From NCBI GenBank assembly GCA_021811585.1, contig JAJZOG010000005.1, forward strand, positions 725-64,724: a stretch of DNA of 64,000 bases, in the 5' to 3' direction. The position numbers and the translations under genes were made by a program. Of the stretch, positions 37,287 through 45,841 are shown piece by piece (the stretch's first letter is position 1; each line of letters begins with the position of its first letter). The notes under the pieces were generated by a model, which saw nothing but the letters and a program-made list of their open reading frames with translations, had not been told where the DNA came from and did no database searches. This DNA comes from a bacterium. GTDB lineage: Bacteria > Patescibacteriota > Doudnabacteria > UBA920 > VMFF01.

Positions 37287-37790
37287 ATGGCAAAAATCGC
37301 AGTTTATTTTTTCTCTATCATATTGTTATTTGCGGCAAATTCGGCATTACCCGCGCTTGCGCCGGCTCCGAATCTGCTCTTTCTTTTCGCGGTTTTGTAT
37401 GCTTTCAAAAAAAACGAGCCGGACTTCCTTTGGATAGCTTTTTTTTCCGGATTCCTTTTGGATGTTTTTTCCGGCGGCGCTTTTGGAGCGTACATGGTTT
37501 CGCTTTTGATTGTCGCTTTTATGGTAAATTATGCTACGCGCAATTTTTTCAGTGCAGATCCAAATCCGGCAGTAATGCTTGCGGTTATTTTCGCGGCAAA
37601 TCTATCCATGCTGGCTTTGGTATATTTTATAAATCTTATGATTGCGCGCTTCGGCTCTTTGGCGCTGTTTTCGCCGCAAATTTCGCTCGGCTCCGAGGCC
37701 TGGATTTCAGTGGGATTGAATTTGATTTTTGCCCCGCTGGTATATCTGCTCACGATTTTTGACGATCATTTATTAAAAGCCGGAACATGA
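37287..37790 (+). CDS. mreD: Rod shape-determining protein MreD
   Basis: 167-aa polytopic membrane protein between mreC and PBP2. Confidence 0.7.
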   Translation: MAKIAVYFFSIILLFAANSALPALAPAPNLLFLFAVLYAFKKNEPDFLWIAFFSGFLLDVFSGGAFGAYMVSLLIVAFMVNYATRNFFSADPNPAVMLAVIFAANLSMLALVYFINLMIARFGSLALFSPQISLGSEAWISVGLNLIFAPLVYLLTIFDDHLLKAGT

Positions 37791-39715
37791 AAGATCCGTT
37801 TTCAATTTACGATTCTCCGCACAAAGAAAAGCGCAGGCGCGTGCATTCTTTGGATTTTGAAGAATCCTCTTTTGCGGAAGCTGAAAATCCGGAAGAATAC
37901 GCTGCCAGCCCTATTCCTTCCAAAGGCATCGCCGCGGCGCTCTGCATTTTGTTGATAATTTTCGGAGCGCTGTTCGGGCGCCTGGCTTATTTGCAGATTT
38001 CAAAAGGAAAATTTTACGCGGCGCTGGCGCGTGGCAACAATACCAGGGTTCAGGAAATTCTTGCGCCGCGCGGCATTATTTATGATTCGCAAGGAACGCC
38101 CCTGGTTCAAAACGTTCCGAGCTTTGAGCTTGTGGTTACGCCGGTGGATTTGCCTAAAAATTACGAAGATGAAATTGCGGCGCTCTCAAAATTCATGGGC
38201 TTTGATGCCAATGTGCTGGCAGCGCAAATAAAAAAGTACGGGCGCAATACGTTTCAGCCAATAAGCGCAGTACAGGATGTGCCCAGGGATGCGGCGCTTG
38301 CTTTCGAAACCAGGCAAGCCGAATTTCCGGGATTTGCGATTGAAGACAACCCGGTAAGAAATTATCTAAATTCTTTGATTTTTTCCCATTTGCTCGGCTA
38401 TACCGGGAAGATAAACGATAGTGAGCTTGCCGCCAACCCCAATAGCGGTTACTTGCTTGACGATTACATCGGGAAAAACGGCTTGGAATATTCTTATGAA
38501 AAATATTTGCGCGGCATTGACGGCGAAAAACAGGTGGAAGTGGACGCGTTGGGAAAAGTTCGCTCTGCGCTTGGGGAAATTCCGCCTCAAAACGGGGATA
38601 ATCTTTATTTGAATGTAGATGCCGGGCTGCAAACCTTTTTATATAATGATATTGTTGCCAAAAACGGGAATAAAAAAGCCGCGGCAGTTGCGGTGGATCC
38701 GCAGACAGGGCAGGTTTTGGCGCTTGTGAGCGTGCCCGGATATGACGACAATCTTTTTGCACGCGGCATTTCGGAAACAGATTATGCAAAATTGGAAAAT
38801 GATCCGAACCATCCTTTGTTTGACCGCGCAATTTCCGGCTTGTACCCGCCGGGATCCACAATCAAGCCGGTCATAGCTTCTGCCGGCCTGCAGGAAGGCG
38901 TTATCAATGAAAATACGAAAATTCTTGATAACGGCGATTTGGTTGTCGGCGGATATAATTTTCATGGCTGGAAGCCGGGCGGCCTTGGCTTAATGGATGT
39001 GCGTTCGGCAATTGCCATGTCTTCTGATATTTATTTTTATACTGTTGGCGGGGGCCAGCAGAAATTGGGAATTTCAGGGCTTGGCATCGAGCGCCTAGCA
39101 AAGTATGATTATCTTTTCGGGATGGGGCAAAAATTGGGCATTGATTTGCCAGGAGAAGCCGCTGGTGTGATAGGAAGTCCGGAGTGGCGCAAAGAGCATT
39201 ATAGCGATCCGGCGAAGCAGGCCTGGTATTTGGGGGATACGTATCACGAATCAATTGGACAGGGCGACATGGAAGTTACTCCTCTGCAGGATATAATGTG
39301 GACTGCTGCTGTTGCCAATGGCGGCACTTTATATCGGCCTTATGTTGTCAATAAAGTTGTGGATAATAAGGGCAACGTGGTTTTGCAAAACAAGCCGCAG
39401 GTAATCCGCAGCGGATTTATTGACCCGAAAAATATTCAAATTGTCCGGCAAGGCATGAGGCAGACAGTATTGTCCGGCACGGCCCAGAGCTTAAAATCAT
39501 TACCAATCACTTCAGCTGGGAAAACCGGCACAGCGCAATTTGACAGCGCAAACCCCATGGCAGCGCACGCATGGTTTACGGCCTTTGCGCCTTATGAAAA
39601 TCCCCAAATCGCGATTGTGGTCTTAATTGAAGCCGGAGGCGAAGGTTTTTCCGCTGCCGAGCCGATTGTGAAAGACACCTTGCAGTGGTGGGCCCAGAAC
39701 AGGTATTTAAAATAA
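37787..39715 (+). CDS. mrdA: Penicillin-binding protein 2 (elongasome transpeptidase)
   Basis: N-terminal TM, dimerisation domain, transpeptidase motifs STIKP (SxxK), SSD-like, KTGTAQ (KTG). Confidence 0.85.
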   Translation: MKDPFSIYDSPHKEKRRRVHSLDFEESSFAEAENPEEYAASPIPSKGIAAALCILLIIFGALFGRLAYLQISKGKFYAALARGNNTRVQEILAPRGIIYDSQGTPLVQNVPSFELVVTPVDLPKNYEDEIAALSKFMGFDANVLAAQIKKYGRNTFQPISAVQDVPRDAALAFETRQAEFPGFAIEDNPVRNYLNSLIFSHLLGYTGKINDSELAANPNSGYLLDDYIGKNGLEYSYEKYLRGIDGEKQVEVDALGKVRSALGEIPPQNGDNLYLNVDAGLQTFLYNDIVAKNGNKKAAAVAVDPQTGQVLALVSVPGYDDNLFARGISETDYAKLENDPNHPLFDRAISGLYPPGSTIKPVIASAGLQEGVINENTKILDNGDLVVGGYNFHGWKPGGLGLMDVRSAIAMSSDIYFYTVGGGQQKLGISGLGIERLAKYDYLFGMGQKLGIDLPGEAAGVIGSPEWRKEHYSDPAKQAWYLGDTYHESIGQGDMEVTPLQDIMWTAAVANGGTLYRPYVVNKVVDNKGNVVLQNKPQVIRSGFIDPKNIQIVRQGMRQTVLSGTAQSLKSLPITSAGKTGTAQFDSANPMAAHAWFTAFAPYENPQIAIVVLIEAGGEGFSAAEPIVKDTLQWWAQNRYLK

Positions 39716-39738
39716 AGCTCAGGTATTTAAAATAAGAC

Positions 39739-40566
39739 ATGGTTATTAATGGAAAAATAATTGCAGACCGCATTTTCTCCGGCTTAAAGCGGGAAATTTC
39801 AAATCTCGGCTTTGTCCCAAAGCTTATTGATATTTATGTCGGCGGCAACAGCGTAATAGAATCATATGTCAATATAAAAGGAAGGCGCGCCCGAGAAATC
39901 GGGATGGGATTTGAGGCCGTGCATTTTCCGGAAACCGCCACGCAGGAAGAAATAGAAAATAAAATAAGGCAGGCGAATTCCAGGCGCGAAGTTTGCGGCA
40001 TCATCGTCCAGTTGCCTTTGCCGCAAAATTTGGACAAGAAAAAAATCTTGGATGCCATAAGCCCGGCTTTGGACGTGGATGCCATCGGCACAGTGAATTC
40101 AGAAAAGTTCATCTCAGGGCAGGAAATTTTCCTTCCGCCAACAGCAGGGGCAATTTTACAAATTTTAGAGCAGTATAAAATTGGCATCGGTTCCGCGAAG
40201 ATCTTGGTAATCGGGGCAGGCGATCTTGTGGGCAAGCCGGTTGCTGTCCTGCTAAAGCGCCGCGGCGCGCAAATTAAAATTGCGGATTCGCAAACGCGCA
40301 ACCTGAAAGAATTGTCCCTGGCAGCGGATATAATAATATCAGGAGCAGGGTCTCCGAAATTGGTCAAGGCAGATATGGTAAAAGAGGGTGCCATTGTGAT
40401 TGACGCCGGCACTTCGGAATCCGGCGGCAGCATTGCAGGGGATGTTGATTTTGAAACTGTCGCTCCGAAATGTTCTCTAATTACGCCTGTGCCGGGCGGG
40501 GTTGGCCCGGTTACAGTGGCAATGCTTTTGCGCAATGCCTTAATGGCCGCCAAGGCAAGGCATTGA
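39739..40566 (+). CDS. folD: Bifunctional methylenetetrahydrofolate dehydrogenase/cyclohydrolase
   Basis: ...GIIVQLPLP..., ...ISPALDVD..., ...VIGAGDLVGKPVA... Confidence 0.85.
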   Translation: MVINGKIIADRIFSGLKREISNLGFVPKLIDIYVGGNSVIESYVNIKGRRAREIGMGFEAVHFPETATQEEIENKIRQANSRREVCGIIVQLPLPQNLDKKKILDAISPALDVDAIGTVNSEKFISGQEIFLPPTAGAILQILEQYKIGIGSAKILVIGAGDLVGKPVAVLLKRRGAQIKIADSQTRNLKELSLAADIIISGAGSPKLVKADMVKEGAIVIDAGTSESGGSIAGDVDFETVAPKCSLITPVPGGVGPVTVAMLLRNALMAAKARH

Positions 40567-40643
40567 CAAGTCCTGTAAAACTCTTTAAAATCATAAACAA
40601 TTGCGGCAAATAAGGTCGCATATTTAATTAATCAATCAAAATC

Positions 40644-41123
40644 ATGTCTCAAAAGAAATATTTGTTGACTCCAGAAGGCCTGGAAAAAATAAAAGCCGAA
40701 TTGCAGACGCTTGTGAACGAAAGGCGCAAGGAAGTCATCGAGCGCATTCAGGAAGCTGTTGCCCACGGCGATCTTTCCGAGAACGCCGATTATGCGCAAG
40801 CCAAGGAAGAGCAGTCCTTTATTGAAGGAAGGATCCAGGAGCTTGAAGATATGATAAAAAACGCCGAAATCATCAGTCCAGGCGCAAAACATTCGTCCGT
40901 AACAGTTGGCTCTACGGTTACAGTGTTTGTGGAGGGCAAAGATAATAGCAAACAGGAAAAAAAGTACAGGATAGTCGGCTTCAACGAAGCCAATCCTGCG
41001 CAAGGAAAAATCTCAAACGAATCATTGGTCGGAAAGATTTTGCTTGGAAAAAAGGTAGGTGACAAGACAGCGGTACAGACGCCTGCCGGTGAGATTTATT
41101 ACGAAATTAAGGAAATAGAGTAA
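40644..41123 (+). CDS. greA: Transcription elongation factor GreA
   Basis: ...HGDLSENADYAQAKEEQSFIEGRIQELE... (N-terminal coiled coil with acidic tip) plus a C-terminal FKBP-like domain. Confidence 0.9.
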   Translation: MSQKKYLLTPEGLEKIKAELQTLVNERRKEVIERIQEAVAHGDLSENADYAQAKEEQSFIEGRIQELEDMIKNAEIISPGAKHSSVTVGSTVTVFVEGKDNSKQEKKYRIVGFNEANPAQGKISNESLVGKILLGKKVGDKTAVQTPAGEIYYEIKEIE

Positions 41124-41175
41124 AACGGGAATTGAGTAAAACGCCATAATGCAGGATCAGGATAAGGAGGAACAT

Positions 41176-41364
41176 ATGAAAGGTATGTGGCGGGGTATGC
41201 GGCGGATTGTTATTTCAAAGCGCCGTATCTGTCCATATACGGACAGGTGCGGAGCAAGTATAAAATCCGTGCGGCATGGATATTATTGTGCCGCGCACGG
41301 TTTTTTTCGCGGGTTTCGCGTCGGATTTAAAAAATTTGCAGTAAGGATAGCAATCGGCAAATAG
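41176..41364 (+). CDS. Small Arg/Lys-rich, Cys-containing ORF (62 aa) of unknown function; the region may instead be a structured leader RNA
   Basis: AAGGAGG sits 5 nt upstream of ATG 41176: MKGMWRGMRRIVISKRRICPYTDRCGASIKSVRHGYYCAAHGFFRG.... The ORF spans a strong hairpin plus T-run at about 41268-41308. Confidence 0.3.
   Translation: MKGMWRGMRRIVISKRRICPYTDRCGASIKSVRHGYYCAAHGFFRGFRVGFKKFAVRIAIGK
41268..41308 (+). terminator. Terminator/attenuator-like hairpin inside the greA-lysS spacer
   Basis: CCGTGCGGC-atggatattattgt-GCCGCGCACGG followed by TTTTTTT. A second hairpin AGCTAC-N11-GTAGCT plus TCTTTTTT lies at about 41391-41422. Confidence 0.4.
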
Positions 41365-41460
41365 CGAATCAGCCAGAATTAAATTTTTTAGCTACTCTTT
41401 ATCAGGGTAGCTTCTTTTTTGCCCAAACTGCCCTAAATTGTTATACTTTATAGGTATTAA

Positions 41461-42942
41461 TTGGATTTTAGCGAAAAACAAATGTCAGAACGGTTGGAAG
41501 ATATAATTGAAAACAGAAGGAAAAAACTGGAAGCCCTGCGAAAACTCGGGATAGACCCATATCCTTCCTCAACAGCACGCGATCATTGTGCGCGCGAGGC
41601 GCTGGATAAATTTAGGGCGCTTTCGAAAAAACAGGCGACAATAACCTTGGCAGGCAGAATAAGAAGCATGCGCGCCCAGGGCAAAATTGCCTTTGCGCAC
41701 ATTGAAGACGGTTCCGGGAGAATCCAGCTTTTTTTCAAGTCAAACGATCTTGGCAAGAAATTTGCTTTGCTGGATTTTTTTGATGTCGGAGATTTTATAG
41801 AAGCCGCGGGCACGCTGTTCACCACAAAAACCGGAGAGAAAACTTTAAATGTCAAAAATTTCCGCATGCTTGCAAAATCCCTGCGGCCATTGCCGAGCGA
41901 ATTTTACGGCTTGGAAAACCAGGAATTGCGCCTGCGAAAAAGGTATTTGGATTTGCTCATGCGCGAGGATGTGCGCGAACTTTTCGCGAAAAAAGCGAAA
42001 TTCTGGCTTGCCATGCAATCCTTTTTGCTTGCCAAGGGCTTTATGCCGGTTGAATTGCCGGTTCTTGAAACAGTGCCGGGCGGCGCTGAAGCCGAACCAT
42101 TTACAACCCATCATAACGCCCTGGACCGCGATTTCTTTCTGCGCATTTCTTTGGAGCTGCCGCTTAAAAAACTCATTGTCAGCGGATATGAAAAAGTTTT
42201 TGAAATCGGAAGGATTTTCCGCAACGAAGGAATCTCCACCGAACATCTCCAGGATTATACTCAAATGGAGTTTTATTGGGCTTATGCCGATTTTGAGGCC
42301 TTAAAAGATTTTGTCCGCGAAATGTACCAACACGTTATCAAGCAAACATTCGGTTCGCTTAAAACGGTATTTCAAGGCAAGGAAATAGATTGGAGCGGCA
42401 AGTGGCCGGAGCAGGATTATTTCAAACTTTTTAAAAAATATACCGGTCTGGATTTAAATGCGGCTTCTGATGCGGATCTTAAAAAATACGCCGAGAGCGG
42501 AAAAATAAAATACGAAAAATTTGCCGGCAGGGGCCGCTTAATAGATTTGATTTTTAAAAAAGTTGTGCGCGTACTCCCGAAGGTCTCGCTGCAGCCCTCG
42601 TTTTTGGTAAATCCTCCCGTGGAAATAGAGCCGCTGGCAAAAAGAAATCCTAAAAATCCGCGCACAGTACAGCGCCTCCAGGTTTTGGCTTGCGGCAGCG
42701 AGCTTGGCAAAGGTTTCGGGGAACTGAATGATCCTCTTGACCAGCGCGCGCGCTTTGAAGAACAAATGAGATTGCGCGAAAAAGGTGATAAGGAAGCCCA
42801 AATGATAGATGAAGATTATTTGGAAGCCATGGAATACGGCATGCCGCCTTTGGCCGGGTTTGGCGTTTCCGAGCGCCTTTTTGCGATCCTAACAGATAAA
42901 TCCATTCGCGAAACTGTTTTGTTTCCGCCAATGGCATCTTAA
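41461..42942 (+). CDS. lysS: Lysyl-tRNA synthetase, class II
   Basis: N-terminal OB anticodon-binding domain. Class II motifs ...FRNEGISTEHLQDYTQMEFYWAY..., ...GFGELNDP.... Confidence 0.9.
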   Translation: MDFSEKQMSERLEDIIENRRKKLEALRKLGIDPYPSSTARDHCAREALDKFRALSKKQATITLAGRIRSMRAQGKIAFAHIEDGSGRIQLFFKSNDLGKKFALLDFFDVGDFIEAAGTLFTTKTGEKTLNVKNFRMLAKSLRPLPSEFYGLENQELRLRKRYLDLLMREDVRELFAKKAKFWLAMQSFLLAKGFMPVELPVLETVPGGAEAEPFTTHHNALDRDFFLRISLELPLKKLIVSGYEKVFEIGRIFRNEGISTEHLQDYTQMEFYWAYADFEALKDFVREMYQHVIKQTFGSLKTVFQGKEIDWSGKWPEQDYFKLFKKYTGLDLNAASDADLKKYAESGKIKYEKFAGRGRLIDLIFKKVVRVLPKVSLQPSFLVNPPVEIEPLAKRNPKNPRTVQRLQVLACGSELGKGFGELNDPLDQRARFEEQMRLREKGDKEAQMIDEDYLEAMEYGMPPLAGFGVSERLFAILTDKSIRETVLFPPMAS

Positions 42943-42946
42943 CCAT

Positions 42947-44221
42947 ATGCTGGACATAAAATTTATCCGTGAAAATCCGGAGGCAGTAAAACAGGGTGCG
43001 GCCGCGAAAAATGCGGACGTGGATGTTTATCGGGTAATTGAAATTGACGAGAAGCGCCGCTTGCTTTTGTCGCAGCTGGAATCCCTGCAGGCAACCAAAA
43101 ATTCCGTGTCCAAAGAAATTCCAAAACTTTCCCCCGCGGACCGCGAGGCAAAGATTTTGGAAATGAAAAACGTAGACGTGCAATCGGAAAAAGTGCGCGC
43201 CGAATTGGATGCCGCTGAAAAAGAATTTAACGCTCTGATGCTGAATATCCCGAACTTGCCGAAAGAAGACGTCAAGATAGGCAAGGATGACAGTGAAAAT
43301 TACGTTATTCGCACCGCAGGAGAACCAACCAGGTTTCCGTTCAAGCCCAAAGATTATATGGAATTGGGCGCTGCTTTGGATATAATCGATACCGAGCGTG
43401 CCGCAAAAACTTCGGGTGCGCGCTTTGGCTTCCTCAAAGGCGGCGGCGCGCTTTTGGAAATAGCCATTTTGAATTTCACAATCGCAAAGCTTTTAAAGCA
43501 CGGCTTCAAACTTATTTTGCCGCCGTACATGGTTAAAGAGGAAATCATGCGCGGCATGGGATATTTGGAACACGGCGGCATTGAAGAAGTGTACTATTTG
43601 GAGAAAGACGGCTTGTATTTGATAGGCACATCAGAGCAGGTCATCGGCGGAATGCATGCCGGAGAAATTTTAAAAGCAGAGGATTTGCCCCTTCGCTATG
43701 CGGGCTTTTCTTCGTGTTTCAGGCGCGAGGCGGGCTCTTATGGAAAAGATACCAAGGGAATTCTGCGCGTGCACCAGTTCGACAAAATTGAAATGTTTTC
43801 ATTCACAACTCCGCAAGAGAGCGATAAGGAGCATGATTTTTTGCTCTCCGTTGAAGAGGAACTAATGCGGGATCTGAAATTGCCTTACCAGGTTTTGGGA
43901 ATTTGCAGCGGAGATTTGGGCGACAGCGCCGCGCGCAAATACGACATTGAAACCTGGATACCTTCCCAGGAAAAATACCGCGAAACCCATTCCACTTCCA
44001 CGACAACGGATTTTCAATCCCGGCGGCTGAACATCCGCTATAAAAACAAAGAAACAGGCAAAAACGAGCTCGTGCACATACTTAACGGTACGGCTTTTGC
44101 AATGGGCAGAATTATTATTGCCATTATTGAAAATTATCAGCAGGAAGACGGCTCGGTAAGAATTCCCGAAGTTCTCCAGCCGTACATGTTCGGCGTGAAT
44201 AAGCTGGTAGTTGGTAGGTAG
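42947..44221 (+). CDS. serS: Seryl-tRNA synthetase
   Basis: MLDIKFIRENPEAVKQ N-terminal coiled coil. Class II core ...FRREAGSYGKDTKGILRVHQF... Confidence 0.9.
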   Translation: MLDIKFIRENPEAVKQGAAAKNADVDVYRVIEIDEKRRLLLSQLESLQATKNSVSKEIPKLSPADREAKILEMKNVDVQSEKVRAELDAAEKEFNALMLNIPNLPKEDVKIGKDDSENYVIRTAGEPTRFPFKPKDYMELGAALDIIDTERAAKTSGARFGFLKGGGALLEIAILNFTIAKLLKHGFKLILPPYMVKEEIMRGMGYLEHGGIEEVYYLEKDGLYLIGTSEQVIGGMHAGEILKAEDLPLRYAGFSSCFRREAGSYGKDTKGILRVHQFDKIEMFSFTTPQESDKEHDFLLSVEEELMRDLKLPYQVLGICSGDLGDSAARKYDIETWIPSQEKYRETHSTSTTTDFQSRRLNIRYKNKETGKNELVHILNGTAFAMGRIIIAIIENYQQEDGSVRIPEVLQPYMFGVNKLVVGR

Positions 44222-44408
44222 TAGGTAGTAGCTGATAGTTGGTAGTTAGTAGGTGGTAGTTGGTAGTTGGTAGGTAGTAGTTGGTAGTTGGTAGGTAGTA
44301 GTTGATAGTTGGTAGGTAGTAGTTGATAGTTAGTAGTTAGTAGGTGGTAGTTAGAAGGGAATTTAGTTTGCGTCGCTGTTTTTATCTTAACTACCATCTA
44401 TTATCTAC
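44213..44408. repeat. Heptamer-array element 7 (longest): about 140 nt of GGTAGTTGG units with a 21-nt super-period, plus a short inverted CTACCATCTA segment
   Basis: GGTAGGTAGTAGTTGGTAGTT / GGTAGGTAGTAGTTGATAGTT repeated. It yields the spurious minus-strand ORF 44137-44397 (PTNYQLL)n. Starts at the serS stop codon. Confidence 0.85.
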
Positions 44409-44424
44409 TATTAATAGGAATTTT

Positions 44425-45447
44425 ATGGATACGCGGAGGTTTAATAATCCTTCATACAAACGGCAAATTAACGCGGTGCGCCATTACAGGCGCAATGTTG
44501 TTCCGCGCCCGGAAAGCGCGCTTGGAAGAATTTTCGGCGCCATTGGCCTGGGCAGCGTTTTTCGCAAAATTTGTGCTGCGCTGGTTTTGTTTTTGGCAAT
44601 ATATCTGGTTTATTTTGCCAAATTCCTGCAAATTACGCAGGCGCAAATCTCCGGTGCAGACCAAAAGCAGGAAGCGCAAATTTCTTCGCGTCTCGCTGAT
44701 TATGAAAGGACTTTTAATTTTATTTTCCCGCAAAAAAATATTCTCTTTTTCAGTTCCAAAGGGTTTTCCAAATATCTGCTCGGAAGCGACGTTTCCATTT
44801 CTTCGGTTGCAGGCATCCGGCGCAAACCATTCCATTCTTTGTCAATAACAGTCGTGCAAAAAGTTCCGGCTTTTGTCCTGCAAAGCAACGGGAATTTTTT
44901 TATTTTAAATTCCGACGGCTCGCTTGGCATGGAACTGCCCCCGGGTGATCCGCAAATTTCCGCATACCCCAAAGTCATCGATACCGCGGCTGAAACCGTT
45001 TCGGCCGGGGAAAAATTTTTGCCGCAAAATGAATTTGGCTTTTTATCGTATATGCGGGAAAATTTTCAAAAAGACCTCCGAACAGCCGTGGATCATTTTG
45101 AAATTCCCGGAAAAAACTCCGGTTACCTTACCTTGTATTTGCAAACAGGGGCAAGAATTTATTTTAACAGCGCCGATGATCCGCAAATTTACATGCAAAA
45201 GCTTTTGGGCTTGTGGAATAGCTTGTCAGCAGACCAGCAAAAAAATTTGGCCTATTTTGATTTGCGTTTTAACCCGGATGCTTACGGGTGTTTCCTGGGT
45301 TCTGCGTGCGCCGTCTCGGCTGCCCCGCAATTGCCGCAAGGGCAGCAAAACGGGGCGCAAACGCAATCTCCGGACACTACGCCTTCACAGCCGCCGGCTT
45401 TGCCTGCGCCTGCGCCTGGTTCTGCCTCAGGCAGCACGAATTTGTGA
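44425..45447 (+). CDS. Hypothetical membrane-anchored protein with a Gln/Pro-rich C-terminal tail (FtsQ/DivIB-like topology, unverified)
   Basis: Start placed at ATG 44425 (MDTRRFNNPSYKR...), downstream of the repeat. One TM (IFGAIGLGSVFRKICAALVLFLAIYLVYFA), then an extracytoplasmic domain. Confidence 0.5.
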   Translation: MDTRRFNNPSYKRQINAVRHYRRNVVPRPESALGRIFGAIGLGSVFRKICAALVLFLAIYLVYFAKFLQITQAQISGADQKQEAQISSRLADYERTFNFIFPQKNILFFSSKGFSKYLLGSDVSISSVAGIRRKPFHSLSITVVQKVPAFVLQSNGNFFILNSDGSLGMELPPGDPQISAYPKVIDTAAETVSAGEKFLPQNEFGFLSYMRENFQKDLRTAVDHFEIPGKNSGYLTLYLQTGARIYFNSADDPQIYMQKLLGLWNSLSADQQKNLAYFDLRFNPDAYGCFLGSACAVSAAPQLPQGQQNGAQTQSPDTTPSQPPALPAPAPGSASGSTNL

Positions 45448-45459
45448 TAATATAATTTT

Positions 45460-45837
45460 ATGGACAGCGATAAAAAACTTGCAAAAGAGATTGAACAATA
45501 TCAGGAGATTGCTGACCAAACCGGCGGCAAGGTTGATGTTAGCGCCTTAATGCTGGATGCCCTGGAAAAATCCCAGAACAATCTCATTTCATCCAAACAA
45601 AAACACTGGGCATATTTGGTTTCTCTGGGTTTGCCGCCGCTGGGATTGATTTTTTCTTTGGTATTTTGGCTTGGCGGAAAAGACGATGGCAAACGGCAAG
45701 CCATAATTTGTATTATCTTAACCGCGATTTCTCTTATACTCGCCTGGGTTACAATTCAGGCCATGTTTTCAACCGCAGGCGTTAATTACAACCAGCTTCA
45801 GCAGGCGCCGGCGCAACTACAGCAATTATTGCAGTAA
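45460..45837 (+). CDS. Small hypothetical membrane protein
   Basis: 125 aa. Two hydrophobic segments (WAYLVSLGLPPLGLIFSLVFWL; IICIILTAISLILAWVTIQAMF). Confidence 0.45.
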   Translation: MDSDKKLAKEIEQYQEIADQTGGKVDVSALMLDALEKSQNNLISSKQKHWAYLVSLGLPPLGLIFSLVFWLGGKDDGKRQAIICIILTAISLILAWVTIQAMFSTAGVNYNQLQQAPAQLQQLLQ

Positions 45838-45841
45838 GGTC

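Noticed and set aside
41149-41175. ORF-track start at 41149 (MQDQDKEEH...) for the small basic ORF
   Set aside because: The Shine-Dalgarno AAGGAGG lies inside this N-terminal extension and is optimally spaced for ATG 41176. If the ORF is real, it starts at 41176.
44137-44397. Minus-strand ORF with (PTNYQLL)n
   Set aside because: It is a translation of the 21-nt super-periodic heptamer array, an artefact of repeat periodicity being a multiple of 3.
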